NCBI GenBank assembly: GCA_049975405.1
Contig: JBNGDK010000001.1
Location: 38,593 to 102,592, forward strand
Direction of reading: 5' to 3'
Origin: Candidatus Methanospirareceae archaeon
GTDB taxonomy: Archaea; Halobacteriota; Syntropharchaeia; Alkanophagales; Methanospirareceae
Length of the DNA: 64,000 nt
Shown piece by piece: positions 43,798 through 53,915 of the stretch (position 1 is its first letter; each line of letters starts with the position of its first letter). A program made the position numbers and the translations under genes. The notes below the pieces were generated by a model, which worked only from the letters and a program-made list of their open reading frames with translations, was not told where the DNA came from and ran no database searches.

Positions 43798-44871
43798 GTG
43801 ACTTCACCCTTTTTTAGCCGCAGCCCACTAGTAAACACAACAATGCGTGCACCAACAACCCCGGCACAACGACCGGTTGCCGTATGGCTCGATGAGGATT
43901 TCTTGCCCGAGGAGCGACGGGCGATCCGATCATTGACCGTGATCTTGAGAACGATTGGCTGCCAGTGGCGGAAATGCACGATGTGCAGCTTCTGGCAGGA
44001 ATCTGCCCAGGTTACGCAAGCGGATGTGCTCATACAGATGGCGCACGCGCTCCAGAGCAGTCCAGAAGAGGAGTTCGTCCTCAAGATCTTCACCTCCGGC
44101 AGCTTCCTCGATGAGCGCGAGATCACGGCTGACTCGCGACGGGCAATCGCGGATATGGTGCGCGAAAGAGTGGGGCTGCGAAAGCTTATCGTCGAGACGC
44201 GACCAGAATTCGTCACTCCTTCCAAGCTTCAGGATTTTGCGGGCAGTGCGCAGCTCGAGCTTGCAATCGGCCTGGAAACAGCCGATGACTTTATCAGATC
44301 GACCTACATCAACAAGGGTTTCACGTTCGCTGCATATCAGCAGGCCGCGGAGACTGCACGGGACTGCGATGCGACGGTGAAGACCTATCTGCTGCTGAAA
44401 CCACCCTGGGTCTCGGAGAAGCAGGCGATTGAGGACGTTATCAGCTCTGCCGAGCGCGTATCGCAGTATTCCTCGACCATCTCCTTGAATCTCTGCAATA
44501 TTCAGCGGCATACACCCCTGGAAACGCTCTGGAGACGGGGCTATTATCGACCCCCTTGGCTCTGGAGCGCGCTCGAAGCACTCAGTGCGATAGTGAATCG
44601 TGATCTCGTGGTGATGTCCGATCCCGTGGGCGCAGGCCATCGCCGCGGCCCGCATAACTGTGGCATCTGCGATCGCGCGATAATTACTGCCATCAAGCGC
44701 TTCAACGTCACACAGGATGTACGCGTGCTCACCGAGCTTGATGAGCGCGAGTGCGCGTGCAAGGATATCTGGCATGCACTGTTGAACCGCGATGCGTTTC
44801 TCTTCGGCGCACTACCGTACCGCGAAGAAAAGGTTAACAAAAGAGCACGAGAATTAGTAGCATATGAGTGA
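43798..44871 (+). CDS. Elp3-like small radical-SAM protein (TIGR01210/RaSEA-like candidate)
   Basis: Cys motif CQWRKCTMC (Cx4Cx2C, as in Elp3-type radical SAM). About 350 aa. Exact start uncertain. Confidence 0.45.
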   Translation: MTSPFFSRSPLVNTTMRAPTTPAQRPVAVWLDEDFLPEERRAIRSLTVILRTIGCQWRKCTMCSFWQESAQVTQADVLIQMAHALQSSPEEEFVLKIFTSGSFLDEREITADSRRAIADMVRERVGLRKLIVETRPEFVTPSKLQDFAGSAQLELAIGLETADDFIRSTYINKGFTFAAYQQAAETARDCDATVKTYLLLKPPWVSEKQAIEDVISSAERVSQYSSTISLNLCNIQRHTPLETLWRRGYYRPPWLWSALEALSAIVNRDLVVMSDPVGAGHRRGPHNCGICDRAIITAIKRFNVTQDVRVLTELDERECACKDIWHALLNRDAFLFGALPYREEKVNKRARELVAYE

Positions 44872-45354
44872 ATGAGTATGGAGAGTCTCGAGCACGCGAA
44901 ACGAGTGGTGGATTACCCGAAATATCTCAAACGGCTGCTGATCTCATTAGCACTCGCGCTGCTCACGCTGTTCATTGCCTTTGGCTTGATGTTTTTCGCG
45001 CTTGAGGATCGCACGATCCCCGGTGCGTTCATCTTGCTGGTTTTCGCCCTCTTCTTCATCATTTTTACGGTCTTTTACGAGTCGAAAGCGAGGAGCACGA
45101 GCAAGGTAAAAGGAAGAGGCAAGACGAAGGAGGGGAATCAACTGGGGGAAGGCTTAAAACCGCTCATTAGAGGCGTATTCCTTGGGATCTGTGCAACCTT
45201 CGCACTCGTGACCGTATTCGGCGGCCTGCTGTTCACGCTTGAGCGTGGTTTTGCACTGATCGGTGGCGAGCTATCGTTTATCTCGGCGCTGGCTGTCGCT
45301 ATGATCATAAGCATGGTGTATCTCAGCCTCTTGCGGCCGTCGAGTACGTCATAG
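44872..45354 (+). CDS. Membrane protein, unknown function
   Basis: 160 aa, 4 TM helices. Confidence 0.35.
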   Translation: MSMESLEHAKRVVDYPKYLKRLLISLALALLTLFIAFGLMFFALEDRTIPGAFILLVFALFFIIFTVFYESKARSTSKVKGRGKTKEGNQLGEGLKPLIRGVFLGICATFALVTVFGGLLFTLERGFALIGGELSFISALAVAMIISMVYLSLLRPSSTS

Positions 45355-45771
45355 CGAGATCTTGAGGACACGCTCGAGCTTCGCCCGTACCTCGTCCGTG
45401 GGTATAATCTCCTCATGCTCGATCTTCCGGAGCAAGGATTGCTTCTCGTTGATCCGTTGCGCGAGCTCTGTCTGCTTCAATCCGACCCGTTCTCGCGCCT
45501 CCTTTATCCGTCGGCCGAAATCCTCCGGGATCTCGAGCTCCTCCTCCAGCTCATGATCCATCTGCTCGTACAGACGCTGCTTTGCCCGTGCGAGTTGCTC
45601 CTGCTCGCTCGTGAAGCTGCCGAGTAACGTTCGCGCCTTTGCTGGCTGACTCTCCTGTGCGCTCGTTCCATATCGCGCACATGCGCGACAGACGCGGAGC
45701 TGCGAGCTACCAATGGTAATAAACTGCGTCTTTCCTACTATTGTCGCGCCACATATCTCGCATTCGGCCAT
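45349..45771 (-). CDS. mbf1: Archaeal multiprotein-bridging factor 1 (Zn-ribbon + HTH-XRE)
   Basis: N-terminal CEICG...CRAC zinc ribbon. C-terminal HTH ([21 protein letters not shown]). Confidence 0.8.
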   Translation of the reverse strand: MAECEICGATIVGKTQFITIGSSQLRVCRACARYGTSAQESQPAKARTLLGSFTSEQEQLARAKQRLYEQMDHELEEELEIPEDFGRRIKEARERVGLKQTELAQRINEKQSLLRKIEHEEIIPTDEVRAKLERVLKISL

Positions 45772-45849
45772 GTCAAAACCTCCTGCGTCTATCTAACCGC
45801 TAGTATCTTATATATTATCACACGTGCAGTAATAAATAGAGGGGATAAC

Positions 45850-47085
45850 ATGAAAGCGAGCAGTGTTGGGGTTCCGTCAGATGATGAATACTCACGCTAC
45901 CTTCATGACCGCATTAAGCAACTGGAGGAGTCAAATAACCGGCTACGAGATCGACTGGAGCGTATGAATCGCGAAGGACGGTATTATGAGGATATGCGAA
46001 CGCGTTATGAGGGTGAACTGCGAAAGTTGCGGTCTGAGCTGGAGAAGTTGCGTGCCCCACCGTTGATTATTGGTACGGTCGTTGAGGTCATTGACGATAA
46101 TAAGCTGGTCGTGCGGAGCAGCACCGGTCCGCGTTTTGTCGTACATTACTCAACCCAATTCTGCGAGCCCCATAAACTCTTCGCGGGCGCACAGGTGGGC
46201 TTGAATCAGCAGTCACTCGCGGTCGTCAGTGTGCTTTCATCTGCAAAGGATCCCTCGGTCTACGGCATGGAGGTAATCGAATCCCCCGACGTTGATTATG
46301 GCATGATCGGTGGGTTAGAGAGCCAGATAGAGGAGGTAACAGAGATCGTTGAGCTCCCGCTTACCGATCCCGAACGGTTCCTGCGCATCGGTGTGGTGCC
46401 GCCGAAGGGCGTGCTTCTCATCGGCGAGCCCGGAACGGGCAAGACCATGCTCGCGAAAGCGGTGGCAAACCGTACTTCAGCCACCTTTATCCGCGTCGTT
46501 GGCTCTGAACTGGTGCAGAAGTATATCGGCGAGGGTGCCCGGATGGTGCGTGAGCTGTTCGAACTGGCGAAGGAGAAAGCACCTTCTATACTCTTCATTG
46601 ACGAGATCGATGCGATCGCGGCACGAAGGATCGAAGATGGTACTTCGGGCGAGCGAGAGGTGCAGCGAACGATGATGCAGCTCCTGGCAGAAGTGGATGG
46701 GTTCGATCAGCGTGGCGAGGTACGCATCATCGGCGCCACGAACAGGCCGGACATTCTCGATCCCGCACTGCTTCGACCTGGTCGATTTGATCGTATCATC
46801 CATGTGCCGGTGCCTGATAGACAGGGGCGGCTGGAGATCTTCAAGATCCATACCGGGCCGATGAAGCTGGCGAAAGACGTGGATCTCGAGTCCCTAGCGA
46901 AACTTACCGAGCATGCAACGGGCGCAGATATCAAGGCGATTGTGGTCGAAGCCGGCATGTTTACCGCACGCTTGGAGAAAAAGGCGGTTGGCATGGAGGA
47001 ATTCGAACGCGCGATCAAGAAAGTCAAAGAGAGCAAGCAGTGGGATTATCTCACCACAAAAGAAGCGGGCGTTATGTTCGCCTGA
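45850..47085 (+). CDS. pan: Proteasome-activating nucleotidase (AAA+ ATPase)
   Basis: Coiled-coil N-terminus, Walker [12 protein letters not shown] region. The C-terminus ends in a hydrophobic-Tyr/Phe-X-like tail (VMFA). Confidence 0.95.
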   Translation: MKASSVGVPSDDEYSRYLHDRIKQLEESNNRLRDRLERMNREGRYYEDMRTRYEGELRKLRSELEKLRAPPLIIGTVVEVIDDNKLVVRSSTGPRFVVHYSTQFCEPHKLFAGAQVGLNQQSLAVVSVLSSAKDPSVYGMEVIESPDVDYGMIGGLESQIEEVTEIVELPLTDPERFLRIGVVPPKGVLLIGEPGTGKTMLAKAVANRTSATFIRVVGSELVQKYIGEGARMVRELFELAKEKAPSILFIDEIDAIAARRIEDGTSGEREVQRTMMQLLAEVDGFDQRGEVRIIGATNRPDILDPALLRPGRFDRIIHVPVPDRQGRLEIFKIHTGPMKLAKDVDLESLAKLTEHATGADIKAIVVEAGMFTARLEKKAVGMEEFERAIKKVKESKQWDYLTTKEAGVMFA

Positions 47086-47120
47086 TGCGTCAGCCGTTAT
47101 GTTCGCCTGATGCGCTAGCA
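47071..47120 (+). repeat. Tandem 25-nt direct duplication spanning the pan stop codon
   Basis: GTTATGTTCGCCTGATGCGTCAGCC / GTTATGTTCGCCTGATGCGCTAGCA (23/25 identical). Confidence 0.75.
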
Positions 47121-47234
47121 CCCTGCTACTCCTGCTACTGTTCCGCAATCCAAAATAGCGCCCGCCCGTTTACAGAGGTATTCTTATCAAACCTCAAGGT
47201 ACGGCGATAGCTTCCAGGGATTGTATGTAGTAAC

Positions 47235-47825
47235 ATGCGAGCCACGCAATCGCACCTGGTATGGGCTGAGATAAGGCGAAAAGCGCTGCATGTCTGCGGG
47301 GTAATTATTCCCGTGCTCTATCTCATCTTTCCCAAGTACTGGATCCTTCTCGGCTTTCTTATCGGTTTCTGTATCCTCGTCCTCCTTGAATGGTTACGAT
47401 TTCGCGGACGCATTACGCTGCCCGCTCTCAGGGAACGGGAGCACCGAACCATCCCTGCCTACGTCTTCTTCGTCATCGGCGCATTCCTGAGTATACTCAT
47501 CTTCGAGAAAGGCATTGCGATCTCGGCGATCCTCATGCTGGCACTCGGAGATACCACCTCGGCACTCACCAGAGTGCTCATTGATTCAGAACCACGATGG
47601 CAGGAAGGCAGAAGGAAACGGCTGGAGGTGCTGCTCGTGATGTTCGTTACGTGCTTTGTAATTGGCTGGCTGATGCGCTTCTCGATACCCGTAGCGGCCG
47701 TCGGCGCGCTGGGCGCCACCGTGGCGGATGGGGTGCCACTGAGACTTCGTGGTTATTACCTGGATGACAATCTCACGATCCCGCTCTTTGCGGGCGCGTT
47801 GATGACTGTTGGAGCGATGTGGTAG
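47235..47825 (+). CDS. Integral membrane CTP-transferase-like protein (CarS / dolichol-kinase family)
   Basis: 196 aa and 5-6 TM. The composition resembles CDP-archaeol synthase / DUF46. Weak call. Confidence 0.35.
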   Translation: MRATQSHLVWAEIRRKALHVCGVIIPVLYLIFPKYWILLGFLIGFCILVLLEWLRFRGRITLPALREREHRTIPAYVFFVIGAFLSILIFEKGIAISAILMLALGDTTSALTRVLIDSEPRWQEGRRKRLEVLLVMFVTCFVIGWLMRFSIPVAAVGALGATVADGVPLRLRGYYLDDNLTIPLFAGALMTVGAMW

Positions 47826-47841
47826 GTACGGCACACACAAC

Positions 47842-48612
47842 TTAAAGGGCCGCGAGGGCGTTGAGGCGCCAGCCTCGTTTAGACATATATTCATGCGCCT
47901 GCATCAGTACGTCCGTCTCCGCATCCTTCTTGCTCTTAAACCACTGCCCACTCCGCACACCCTTCAAATCCCTGAAGTCGCCTGTTGCCGGGTCTTTGAT
48001 TGCGCACTGCTCGACCCGCCACTCCAGCTGGTGCGCTTCACCCCGAGACTCGTACGTGAACCTGATCTCGGGGTTGCGCCGATAGATCTCGCGAAATCTG
48101 TTCTCAAATTGGTTTCGCACGGGCAGGAACGCTTCTTCAATCGCGAGACGCTCCTGCAGCCGCGTAAATAGATCGAATTGGTTCAGAAACCGCTTCACCT
48201 CTCGCAGTCCTTCTGCCTCCCCGCTATCCCTGTAAATAGCACCGCAAATAGCCTCAAAGACGTCCGCAACCACTTTAGCGCTGATCTCAACGTGAGGTTC
48301 AGTCGCTCTGATAAACGCGGTCAAACCGAGTTGCTCGCCGAACGCTGCGAGCTGCTCGTTACGCTCGATCTCCGCCTTGAGGAACGTCATCTTACCCTCG
48401 TCCAGTGAACTCTGGGCAAATAGATATTCAGCTATGATCAAGCTGATAACGCGATCGCCGAGGAACTCCAGTTCCTGATAATTGGCGATCTCAGGGTGAT
48501 CTTGTGTGTACGAGCTTGTGGTGAGGGCAGTCACCAGCAACGTCTGATCTGTGAACTGGTAGCCGATCCGGTGTTGGAGTTCGGCGAGTGCGTTGGATGG
48601 AAGCTCACTCAT
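47842..48612 (-). CDS. rnc: Ribonuclease III (bacterial-type, catalytic domain + dsRBD)
   Basis: RNase III signature ELEFLGDRVISLIIAEYLF (ERLEFLGDA-like). 256 aa with a C-terminal dsRBD-like region. Confidence 0.8.
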   Translation of the reverse strand: MSELPSNALAELQHRIGYQFTDQTLLVTALTTSSYTQDHPEIANYQELEFLGDRVISLIIAEYLFAQSSLDEGKMTFLKAEIERNEQLAAFGEQLGLTAFIRATEPHVEISAKVVADVFEAICGAIYRDSGEAEGLREVKRFLNQFDLFTRLQERLAIEEAFLPVRNQFENRFREIYRRNPEIRFTYESRGEAHQLEWRVEQCAIKDPATGDFRDLKGVRSGQWFKSKKDAETDVLMQAHEYMSKRGWRLNALAAL

Positions 48613-48663
48613 AAACGCTCCTTATGGGCTACCTGCATGATTTCACCCGTACGAAACGAACCT

Positions 48664-48700
48664 AAAAATAAAATGAAGAAAGAGGCTGTTCAGGCCTCTT
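48664..48700 (-). terminator. Hairpin + oligo-T downstream of ftr (minus strand)
   Basis: Plus strand reads aaaaataaaatgaagaaAGAGGCtgttcaGGCCTCTT. On the minus strand this is a GC hairpin followed by a TTTTATTTTT tract. Confidence 0.4.
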
Positions 48701-48745
48701 CCGTTCTCTGCTCGGGGGACGGTTTGTTACAGCGTTGCTAATGCG

Positions 48746-49651
48746 CTACAGCCCCAAGACATCCTTGAGCTGGAACTGATACTTCCCTAGGGTGCCGCCG
48801 AAATTACCCGCCGTTATCTTTACCACACCGGGGACCTTAACTGCTGCTTTAATACCCGTCGCCATCGCAGCCTTCACCGCGTCTTCACTGACGCCGTTGA
48901 TCACAATCTCAAAAACACCGTTAACGTTTACGGGTATCACGGTATCTTCAACCTGATCTTTCAGAGTCGGGCAGTATCGCTCATTCGTCGTAGCGTGCAT
49001 GAACTTGTACTTCTTCGAACCTACCTTCGAGCCCGATGCAACAACACCTCCAGGGAACGGCGTAATCGTACCGGGTACAGATCTAATCGCGTCTACAGCC
49101 ATTTCAGCCGCTTTCAACGCGGTATCTCGGTCCTTGGCGAAGATAAAGAAGTTACCGCCAGCGACGCCCTCTCGTGCACCTAAGTTTGTCTCCACCACGA
49201 ACTCGCCGCCCATGATTGGCACCTTCCAGACAGCTTTACCGCCGATCTTATCCTCTTTTTCGTACCCATCGCCAAAGAACTTGAGTTTAAAGCCGATATT
49301 GAACTCCTTCTCGGTTTCTTCTGCGGGAAGCGCATTGAAGACCGCAGCGGTCGGTGAAGTGAAAACGCACTGTCCAATGCGGGCAAGCAACTGCGCATCC
49401 AGTGCCTTATAGCCAAAGGTGCAGAACATCACGTTTACACCAGGACGTCCATCGGGTGTCTCCTTAGCTGGGACAACGCCGTCCACGCCCGCCTCCGCAG
49501 GGCACATGATGACCGACGTGCCGAACCCTGTAACCTCTTTCGCCGCTTCCATCGCCCACTTCTCGTTCACTGCCGTGATCAACACACGTGCAACCTTTAT
49601 GGGAAACGCTTCAGCAAAGGTATCGTCTATCTCAACTCCTTCCAATTCCAT
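48746..49651 (-). CDS. ftr: Formylmethanofuran--tetrahydromethanopterin N-formyltransferase
   Basis: N-terminus [26 protein letters not shown] is the Ftr signature N-terminus. 301 aa. Confidence 0.9.
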   Translation of the reverse strand: MELEGVEIDDTFAEAFPIKVARVLITAVNEKWAMEAAKEVTGFGTSVIMCPAEAGVDGVVPAKETPDGRPGVNVMFCTFGYKALDAQLLARIGQCVFTSPTAAVFNALPAEETEKEFNIGFKLKFFGDGYEKEDKIGGKAVWKVPIMGGEFVVETNLGAREGVAGGNFFIFAKDRDTALKAAEMAVDAIRSVPGTITPFPGGVVASGSKVGSKKYKFMHATTNERYCPTLKDQVEDTVIPVNVNGVFEIVINGVSEDAVKAAMATGIKAAVKVPGVVKITAGNFGGTLGKYQFQLKDVLGL

Positions 49652-49702
49652 TTTTGCCTTTCTCCTTGATGTGGCTAGAAGGCCGCAAAGTAAAAAAGCT
49701 TT

Positions 49703-50389
49703 CTACTTTTCCCGCTCTTCTGCTGTGCCGCGCATGATCACCGCACGGGTCTTCGCCTGCTTATCCGCAAGCAGTCGTACACCAATACGACGAAGATACG
49801 TGGTCGAGTACCCCGTGCCATGAATCAATAGCTCGATCAGGTCGTCCACCTCATCAATATCCGTACTGATAAAGAACGAATCATGGATCGAGAAGCGCAA
49901 ATGCCGCCGCTGTGCGAGCTCGCGATGCTTCGTGAAGCTCATCCCATAGTAGGAGACTGAGAACGCTGACGGGTTTCGCAGGAATAGCGCGTTCGTACCT
50001 CCTTTTCGTCCCGGCACGATCACCACCTCTTCGGGGTGCGCAACGATCTCATTAATCGTCGCGGGCAGCGCGAGCGGAATATCGGCCATGACGATCAGTA
50101 CCGGCTCTCGTTCGTCCGCGAGCAGCTCGTTGAGCGCATCATTCAAGTCCCGGGTATCTTCATGCGCGGTGATGCTTATGTTTGCAGCACTATGTTGCTC
50201 TGTCACCGTTATGAGATCAGCCGAAGTAGCAGTCGTGATGATCTCAACCTCGCGGATCGTCGATCGAGCAAGCGTTGCTAACACGTCCCTGAGCATGCAC
50301 AGTGCGAGCTCCTCACGTTCGTTCTCGCTCAATAACGTGCCCAAACGCGATTTTGCGCCTGCCTGCTTGAAGGGTATTACCGCTCTCAC
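49703..50389 (-). CDS. cofC: 2-phospho-L-lactate guanylyltransferase (F420 biosynthesis)
   Basis: MRAVIPFKQAGAKSRL nucleotidyltransferase N-terminus typical of CofC. 228 aa. Confidence 0.8.
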   Translation of the reverse strand: MRAVIPFKQAGAKSRLGTLLSENEREELALCMLRDVLATLARSTIREVEIITTATSADLITVTEQHSAANISITAHEDTRDLNDALNELLADEREPVLIVMADIPLALPATINEIVAHPEEVVIVPGRKGGTNALFLRNPSAFSVSYYGMSFTKHRELAQRRHLRFSIHDSFFISTDIDEVDDLIELLIHGTGYSTTYLRRIGVRLLADKQAKTRAVIMRGTAEEREK

Positions 50390-50533
50390 GTCGTCTAGTC
50401 TTTACCTTCACTCTCTTTATAAGGTTTGATTTCGCTTCCGGTCTCGTTCGTGAAAAGAAAGGGGCTGATCGCGCTATGATCGTCGCATACGATCAGAACC
50501 AGATCAAAACAGGTATTATTCAGATTCAGACGG

Positions 50534-51178
50534 TTAGCAAATCGCGTTTAACCCCGCGAGCACATGCTCGCACTTTGCGCGCAATAAATTCGCCGCTTCG
50601 CTGATGATCTCATCCACCGGCAGCGCACCATCACTCTCGACCGTAAAGAGCAGAGAGCCTTTATGCCCCCCGTCAACCAGCTCCTGGTAGCTGCAGGCGG
50701 TGACGGCCTGCCACTTCGCATGCTCACGTCCGCATCCCAAACGTGCAAACGCCTCCAGGGCGATCCTTTGGCGGGCAACCGACTTCAAGCCACCCACTTC
50801 ACGCTCCGATGAGATCAACTTTACTAACGGGATATTCCCATACGCCGGCTCCACGGTCGGATCGGAGGAGATAAGCTCCTTGGAATAGACAACGGTATAC
50901 CCCTCCCGTTCCGGACTGATCGCTTCTAGGGTCAATGAAACCCGGTCTTGAGGCCCAAACTCATGCCGCTTCGTTGTCAACGGAACTAAGCCCAACCGGA
51001 GCACTAACTGCTCGTCGTATAAGAGCGAGGTGTTCTCAAGGATGTTCACCTCATCGATGGCAAGCTTCGCTACGTCCGCGATCATCGTTCGCCGTAATGC
51101 ATTGGCAAAACGGACCTTCACGCCCGAGAGTATGAACTTTACCTCGGTCTCTCCGCGTTCCGCTATTTCCACGTCCAT
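50534..51178 (-). CDS. rpoD: DNA-directed RNA polymerase subunit D (Rpo3)
   Basis: FANALRRTMIADV motif. Conserved position downstream of S11. Confidence 0.8.
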   Translation of the reverse strand: MDVEIAERGETEVKFILSGVKVRFANALRRTMIADVAKLAIDEVNILENTSLLYDEQLVLRLGLVPLTTKRHEFGPQDRVSLTLEAISPEREGYTVVYSKELISSDPTVEPAYGNIPLVKLISSEREVGGLKSVARQRIALEAFARLGCGREHAKWQAVTACSYQELVDGGHKGSLLFTVESDGALPVDEIISEAANLLRAKCEHVLAGLNAIC

Positions 51179-51219
51179 TTCAATCTTAATAATGCGTCCC
51201 CACCAGACGTCACAGCACC

Positions 51220-51609
51220 TTAAACTCGCCTACCACGTTTGCCACCCGGCCGTTTCGTGCCGTCGTGCGGGACCGGTGTCACGTCCTCGATCTTTCCGAT
51301 GCGCAATCCAGCACGAGCAAACGCGCGAATCGCCGCCTGTGCACCGGGTGCGGTTGTCCGCGATTTTCGGCCCGAGGCCGCCTTCACCTTCACCCGCAAT
51401 CCCCGTATCTCCCGCTCTTTCAGCTTGTCTGCCAGCTGTTGCGCCATGAGCATCGCGGTGTACGGGGAGCTCTCATCGCGGTCCGCTTTCGCCACCATCC
51501 CCCCGGATGCGCGTGCAATTGTCTCCGCGCCAGTCCTATCGGTAATCGTAATGATGGTATTATTGAATGACGAGAAGATGTGCGCGATCGCCCAACGATC
51601 CTCGACCAT
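51220..51609 (-). CDS. rps11: 30S ribosomal protein S11 (uS11)
   Basis: 129 aa, [16 protein letters not shown] signature. Confidence 0.9.
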   Translation of the reverse strand: MVEDRWAIAHIFSSFNNTIITITDRTGAETIARASGGMVAKADRDESSPYTAMLMAQQLADKLKEREIRGLRVKVKAASGRKSRTTAPGAQAAIRAFARAGLRIGKIEDVTPVPHDGTKRPGGKRGRRV

Positions 51610-51610
51610 G

Positions 51611-52171
51611 CTATCGCGTCACCTCCTCTGCCTCTCCTCCTGTCATCGGTCTCGGTTTTACCACGATCGGTGGCGCGCCATAGTAATCGATCTTCTTTTC
51701 TTCGTCCACATCCACAATGTACGACGGAACAGTCACCCGTCGGCCATCAACCGCGATATGACCGTGCACAATGAGCTGACGCGCCTGTTTGAGCGAGTTG
51801 GCCAGCCCTTTCTTGTAGACCCGGGTCTGCAGTCGCCGCTCCAGAAGATCCTCGACGGTCAGTGCCAGGACGTCCTCCACACGGCCGGTAGAGCCTTCAC
51901 TCTCGCGCAGTATCCCGCGTCGGCGCAAGGCCGCTAAGATCGCATCGCGCTTCCGTAAGGTGTGTTCTGTAGGCTTCATGCCTGCGATCTCAGCCAGAAT
52001 CGCGCGGATTTCGCGTCGGTAACGCTTGACCACACTATCAGCCTTCCAGATCTCTCGTTTGCTCTTCAGGCCAAAGGCCTCTGTGATCTCGCGCTCCTCT
52101 TTCATTCGCGTCATCTCCCACGGCCGTCGTGGCTTCTCGTATCGTTTCTTTCTCTGTTTTGGTTGTCCCAT
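51611..52171 (-). CDS. rps4: 30S ribosomal protein S4 (uS4)
   Basis: Start at [19 protein letters not shown], the archaeal S4 N-terminus. The upstream in-frame extension is rejected. Confidence 0.9.
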   Translation of the reverse strand: MGQPKQRKKRYEKPRRPWEMTRMKEEREITEAFGLKSKREIWKADSVVKRYRREIRAILAEIAGMKPTEHTLRKRDAILAALRRRGILRESEGSTGRVEDVLALTVEDLLERRLQTRVYKKGLANSLKQARQLIVHGHIAVDGRRVTVPSYIVDVDEEKKIDYYGAPPIVVKPRPMTGGEAEEVTR

Positions 52172-52190
52172 CTTCTCCTCTCGCCCCCGG

Positions 52191-52784
52191 TTATTTGCCT
52201 CCCTTCGCTGCCAACTGCTTCCTGCGTATAACACCAACGACCAGCCCTCGCCGGCCCGTGGATCGCGTGCGTTGTCCACGCGCCTTCAGACCACGCTCGT
52301 GCCGTATACCACGATACGACCGGATCTTCCGGAGCAAATTAACGTCCTCACGTAACTGCAGCACCTGATCCGCGCCCATAATATGTTTATCATCACCCGT
52401 GAGGATGTCTTTCCGTCGATTCAGCATCCACTGCGGTAAGCGCTTCTCAACACTGGTGATCGCGTTCTTGAGCTGCTCTATATCATCATCTGAAAGGTTA
52501 CCCATCTTCTGATTCGGGTCTACGCTCGTAGACGCGACCAGCACCCGTGCCACGCGCTGTCCGATTCCTTTTATCCCGCAGAGCGCGTGGATAACATGTC
52601 TATTACCATCCAGGTCAGTATCCAGGATCCGGACGATGTGCCTGAAATCCGCTTTCTCCGCTTCGCTCTCTTTAACCTTATCCGTGGCTTTACCCGTGGC
52701 TTTACTCGTCGCCTTCGTTTTGGCTTTGGGTTTGGCTTCTGCTTTTGCTTGTGCTTGTGCGCCCTTCTCCCCTTCTTCGGTCAT
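52191..52784 (-). CDS. rps13: 30S ribosomal protein S13 (uS13) with Lys/Ala-rich N-terminal extension
   Basis: Core [32 protein letters not shown] at 52782-52784 gives a 40-aa [23 protein letters not shown] extension. Longer upstream start rejected because it runs into the tRNA. Confidence 0.8.
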   Translation of the reverse strand: MTEEGEKGAQAQAKAEAKPKAKTKATSKATGKATDKVKESEAEKADFRHIVRILDTDLDGNRHVIHALCGIKGIGQRVARVLVASTSVDPNQKMGNLSDDDIEQLKNAITSVEKRLPQWMLNRRKDILTGDDKHIMGADQVLQLREDVNLLRKIRSYRGIRHERGLKARGQRTRSTGRRGLVVGVIRRKQLAAKGGK

Positions 52785-52819
52785 CTTTATCCGTTCTCGC
52801 TTCTCCAAGCATACGTATG

Positions 52820-52918
52820 CGCCGAGGAAGGGATTTGAACCCTTGAGTTCCTTTCGGAACACAGGCTATCTAGTCCGGAGAGCTCCAGGCCTGCGCCTTA
52901 CCGCTCAGCCACCTCGGC
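52820..52918 (-). tRNA. tRNA-Ser (anticodon GGA) with a ~15-nt intron 3' of position 37
   Basis: Reverse complement reads GCCGAGGTGGCTGAGCGGTAAGGCGCAGGCCTGGAG[CTCTCCGGACTAGAT]AGCCTGTGTTCCGAAAGGAACTCAAGGGTTCAAATCCCTTCCTCGGCG. 3-bp D stem, long variable arm, anticodon stem CAGGC/GCCTG. Confidence 0.75.
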
Positions 52919-53914
52919 TTTACTTCTCCAACCTTTAGGATATGTCCCGGGCTTCATAAGTACTTTCCGTGTTTCTACACATATACCTTTCTCGGCCCGA
53001 AGCATTTCCTGTGAGTTCAGCACCGCTTCGCCAAAGCTCACAGCTTCTCCCTTTGCGGTATATACTATCAGGGTGTCTCCTCTATTTATTCCTTCTTCGA
53101 TCCGCGCGATCCCCGGCGCACTCAGATCAGCACCGTGACAGAGCGCATCCACCGCGCTATCCTTCGCAATGATGCAGCGCAGGTGCCTGACTGCATATTC
53201 CAGCGGCATGACCAACTGCCGCAGCATTCGCTCATCGCCATCCTGGTAAAAGACGTATGCATCTTTCACGTCGTGGAGCGTCGTCAGCGTCTCCTCGGTG
53301 AACGGGAACGACTTCGTTCGTCGCAGTTCGGCCATGTGCGCACCAACGCCGAGAGCGAGCCCGAGGTGATGACAGAGCATGCGTATGTACGTGCCTGCTT
53401 CGCACCCGATCTTCAAGAGCACCTCCTTATCCGCGATCTCCATAACGTCAAGGTAATGCACGGTTCGTTTTCGTATTCTGCGTCTGACCGCGGACTTCAA
53501 CGGCGGGCGCTGGTAGATCTCACCCACAAATTCCGCGCTCACTTCCCGCAGCTTGCTCTCGTCCACCGGACTGTGGACCCGCATCACGCATACATATTCC
53601 TTATCGCCCACGAAACTCTCTGCGAGCTTCGTCGCCGTGCCGAGCAAAACGGGGAGCACGCCAGTCACCTTCGGGTCGAGCGTGCCGGTATGCGCCGCCT
53701 TGTTCATCTCCAGCAGTGCTCGGATCCAGGCCACGACCTCATGCGATGTGGGCCCCGCAGGCTTATCAATCGTCATCACGCCGTGCTCGAGGTGCTCACG
53801 TATAGGGCGCTTCTCCGGTGGTGTGCCGTAGCGTTGATCGGTGATCGCAGGTGCTTTCTCCAGGCTGCAGCGTTCTAAAGGCTTTTGGAATTCGCTCATC
53901 CGGTGCTTGCACAA
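52898..53914 (-). CDS. cbf5: H/ACA RNP pseudouridine synthase Cbf5 (TruB family, with PUA domain)
   Basis: TruB catalytic motif region (TIDKPAGPTSHEV). C-terminal PUA. The last 7 codons overlap the 5' half of the tRNA-Ser gene. Confidence 0.9.
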   Translation of the reverse strand: MCKHRMSEFQKPLERCSLEKAPAITDQRYGTPPEKRPIREHLEHGVMTIDKPAGPTSHEVVAWIRALLEMNKAAHTGTLDPKVTGVLPVLLGTATKLAESFVGDKEYVCVMRVHSPVDESKLREVSAEFVGEIYQRPPLKSAVRRRIRKRTVHYLDVMEIADKEVLLKIGCEAGTYIRMLCHHLGLALGVGAHMAELRRTKSFPFTEETLTTLHDVKDAYVFYQDGDERMLRQLVMPLEYAVRHLRCIIAKDSAVDALCHGADLSAPGIARIEEGINRGDTLIVYTAKGEAVSFGEAVLNSQEMLRAEKGICVETRKVLMKPGTYPKGWRSKAEVAER

Positions 53915-53915
53915 C

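Noticed and set aside
43767-44775. Minus-strand ORFs 43767-44225 and 43930-44775
   Set aside because: They are antisense to the radical-SAM-like gene, which has a Cys motif and sensible size, and have no motifs of their own.
51611-52862. Long N-terminal extensions of rps4 (to 52279) and rps13 (to 52862) in the ORF track
   Set aside because: Conserved archaeal N-termini begin at internal Mets. The S13 extension beyond 52784 would run through the tRNA-Ser gene.
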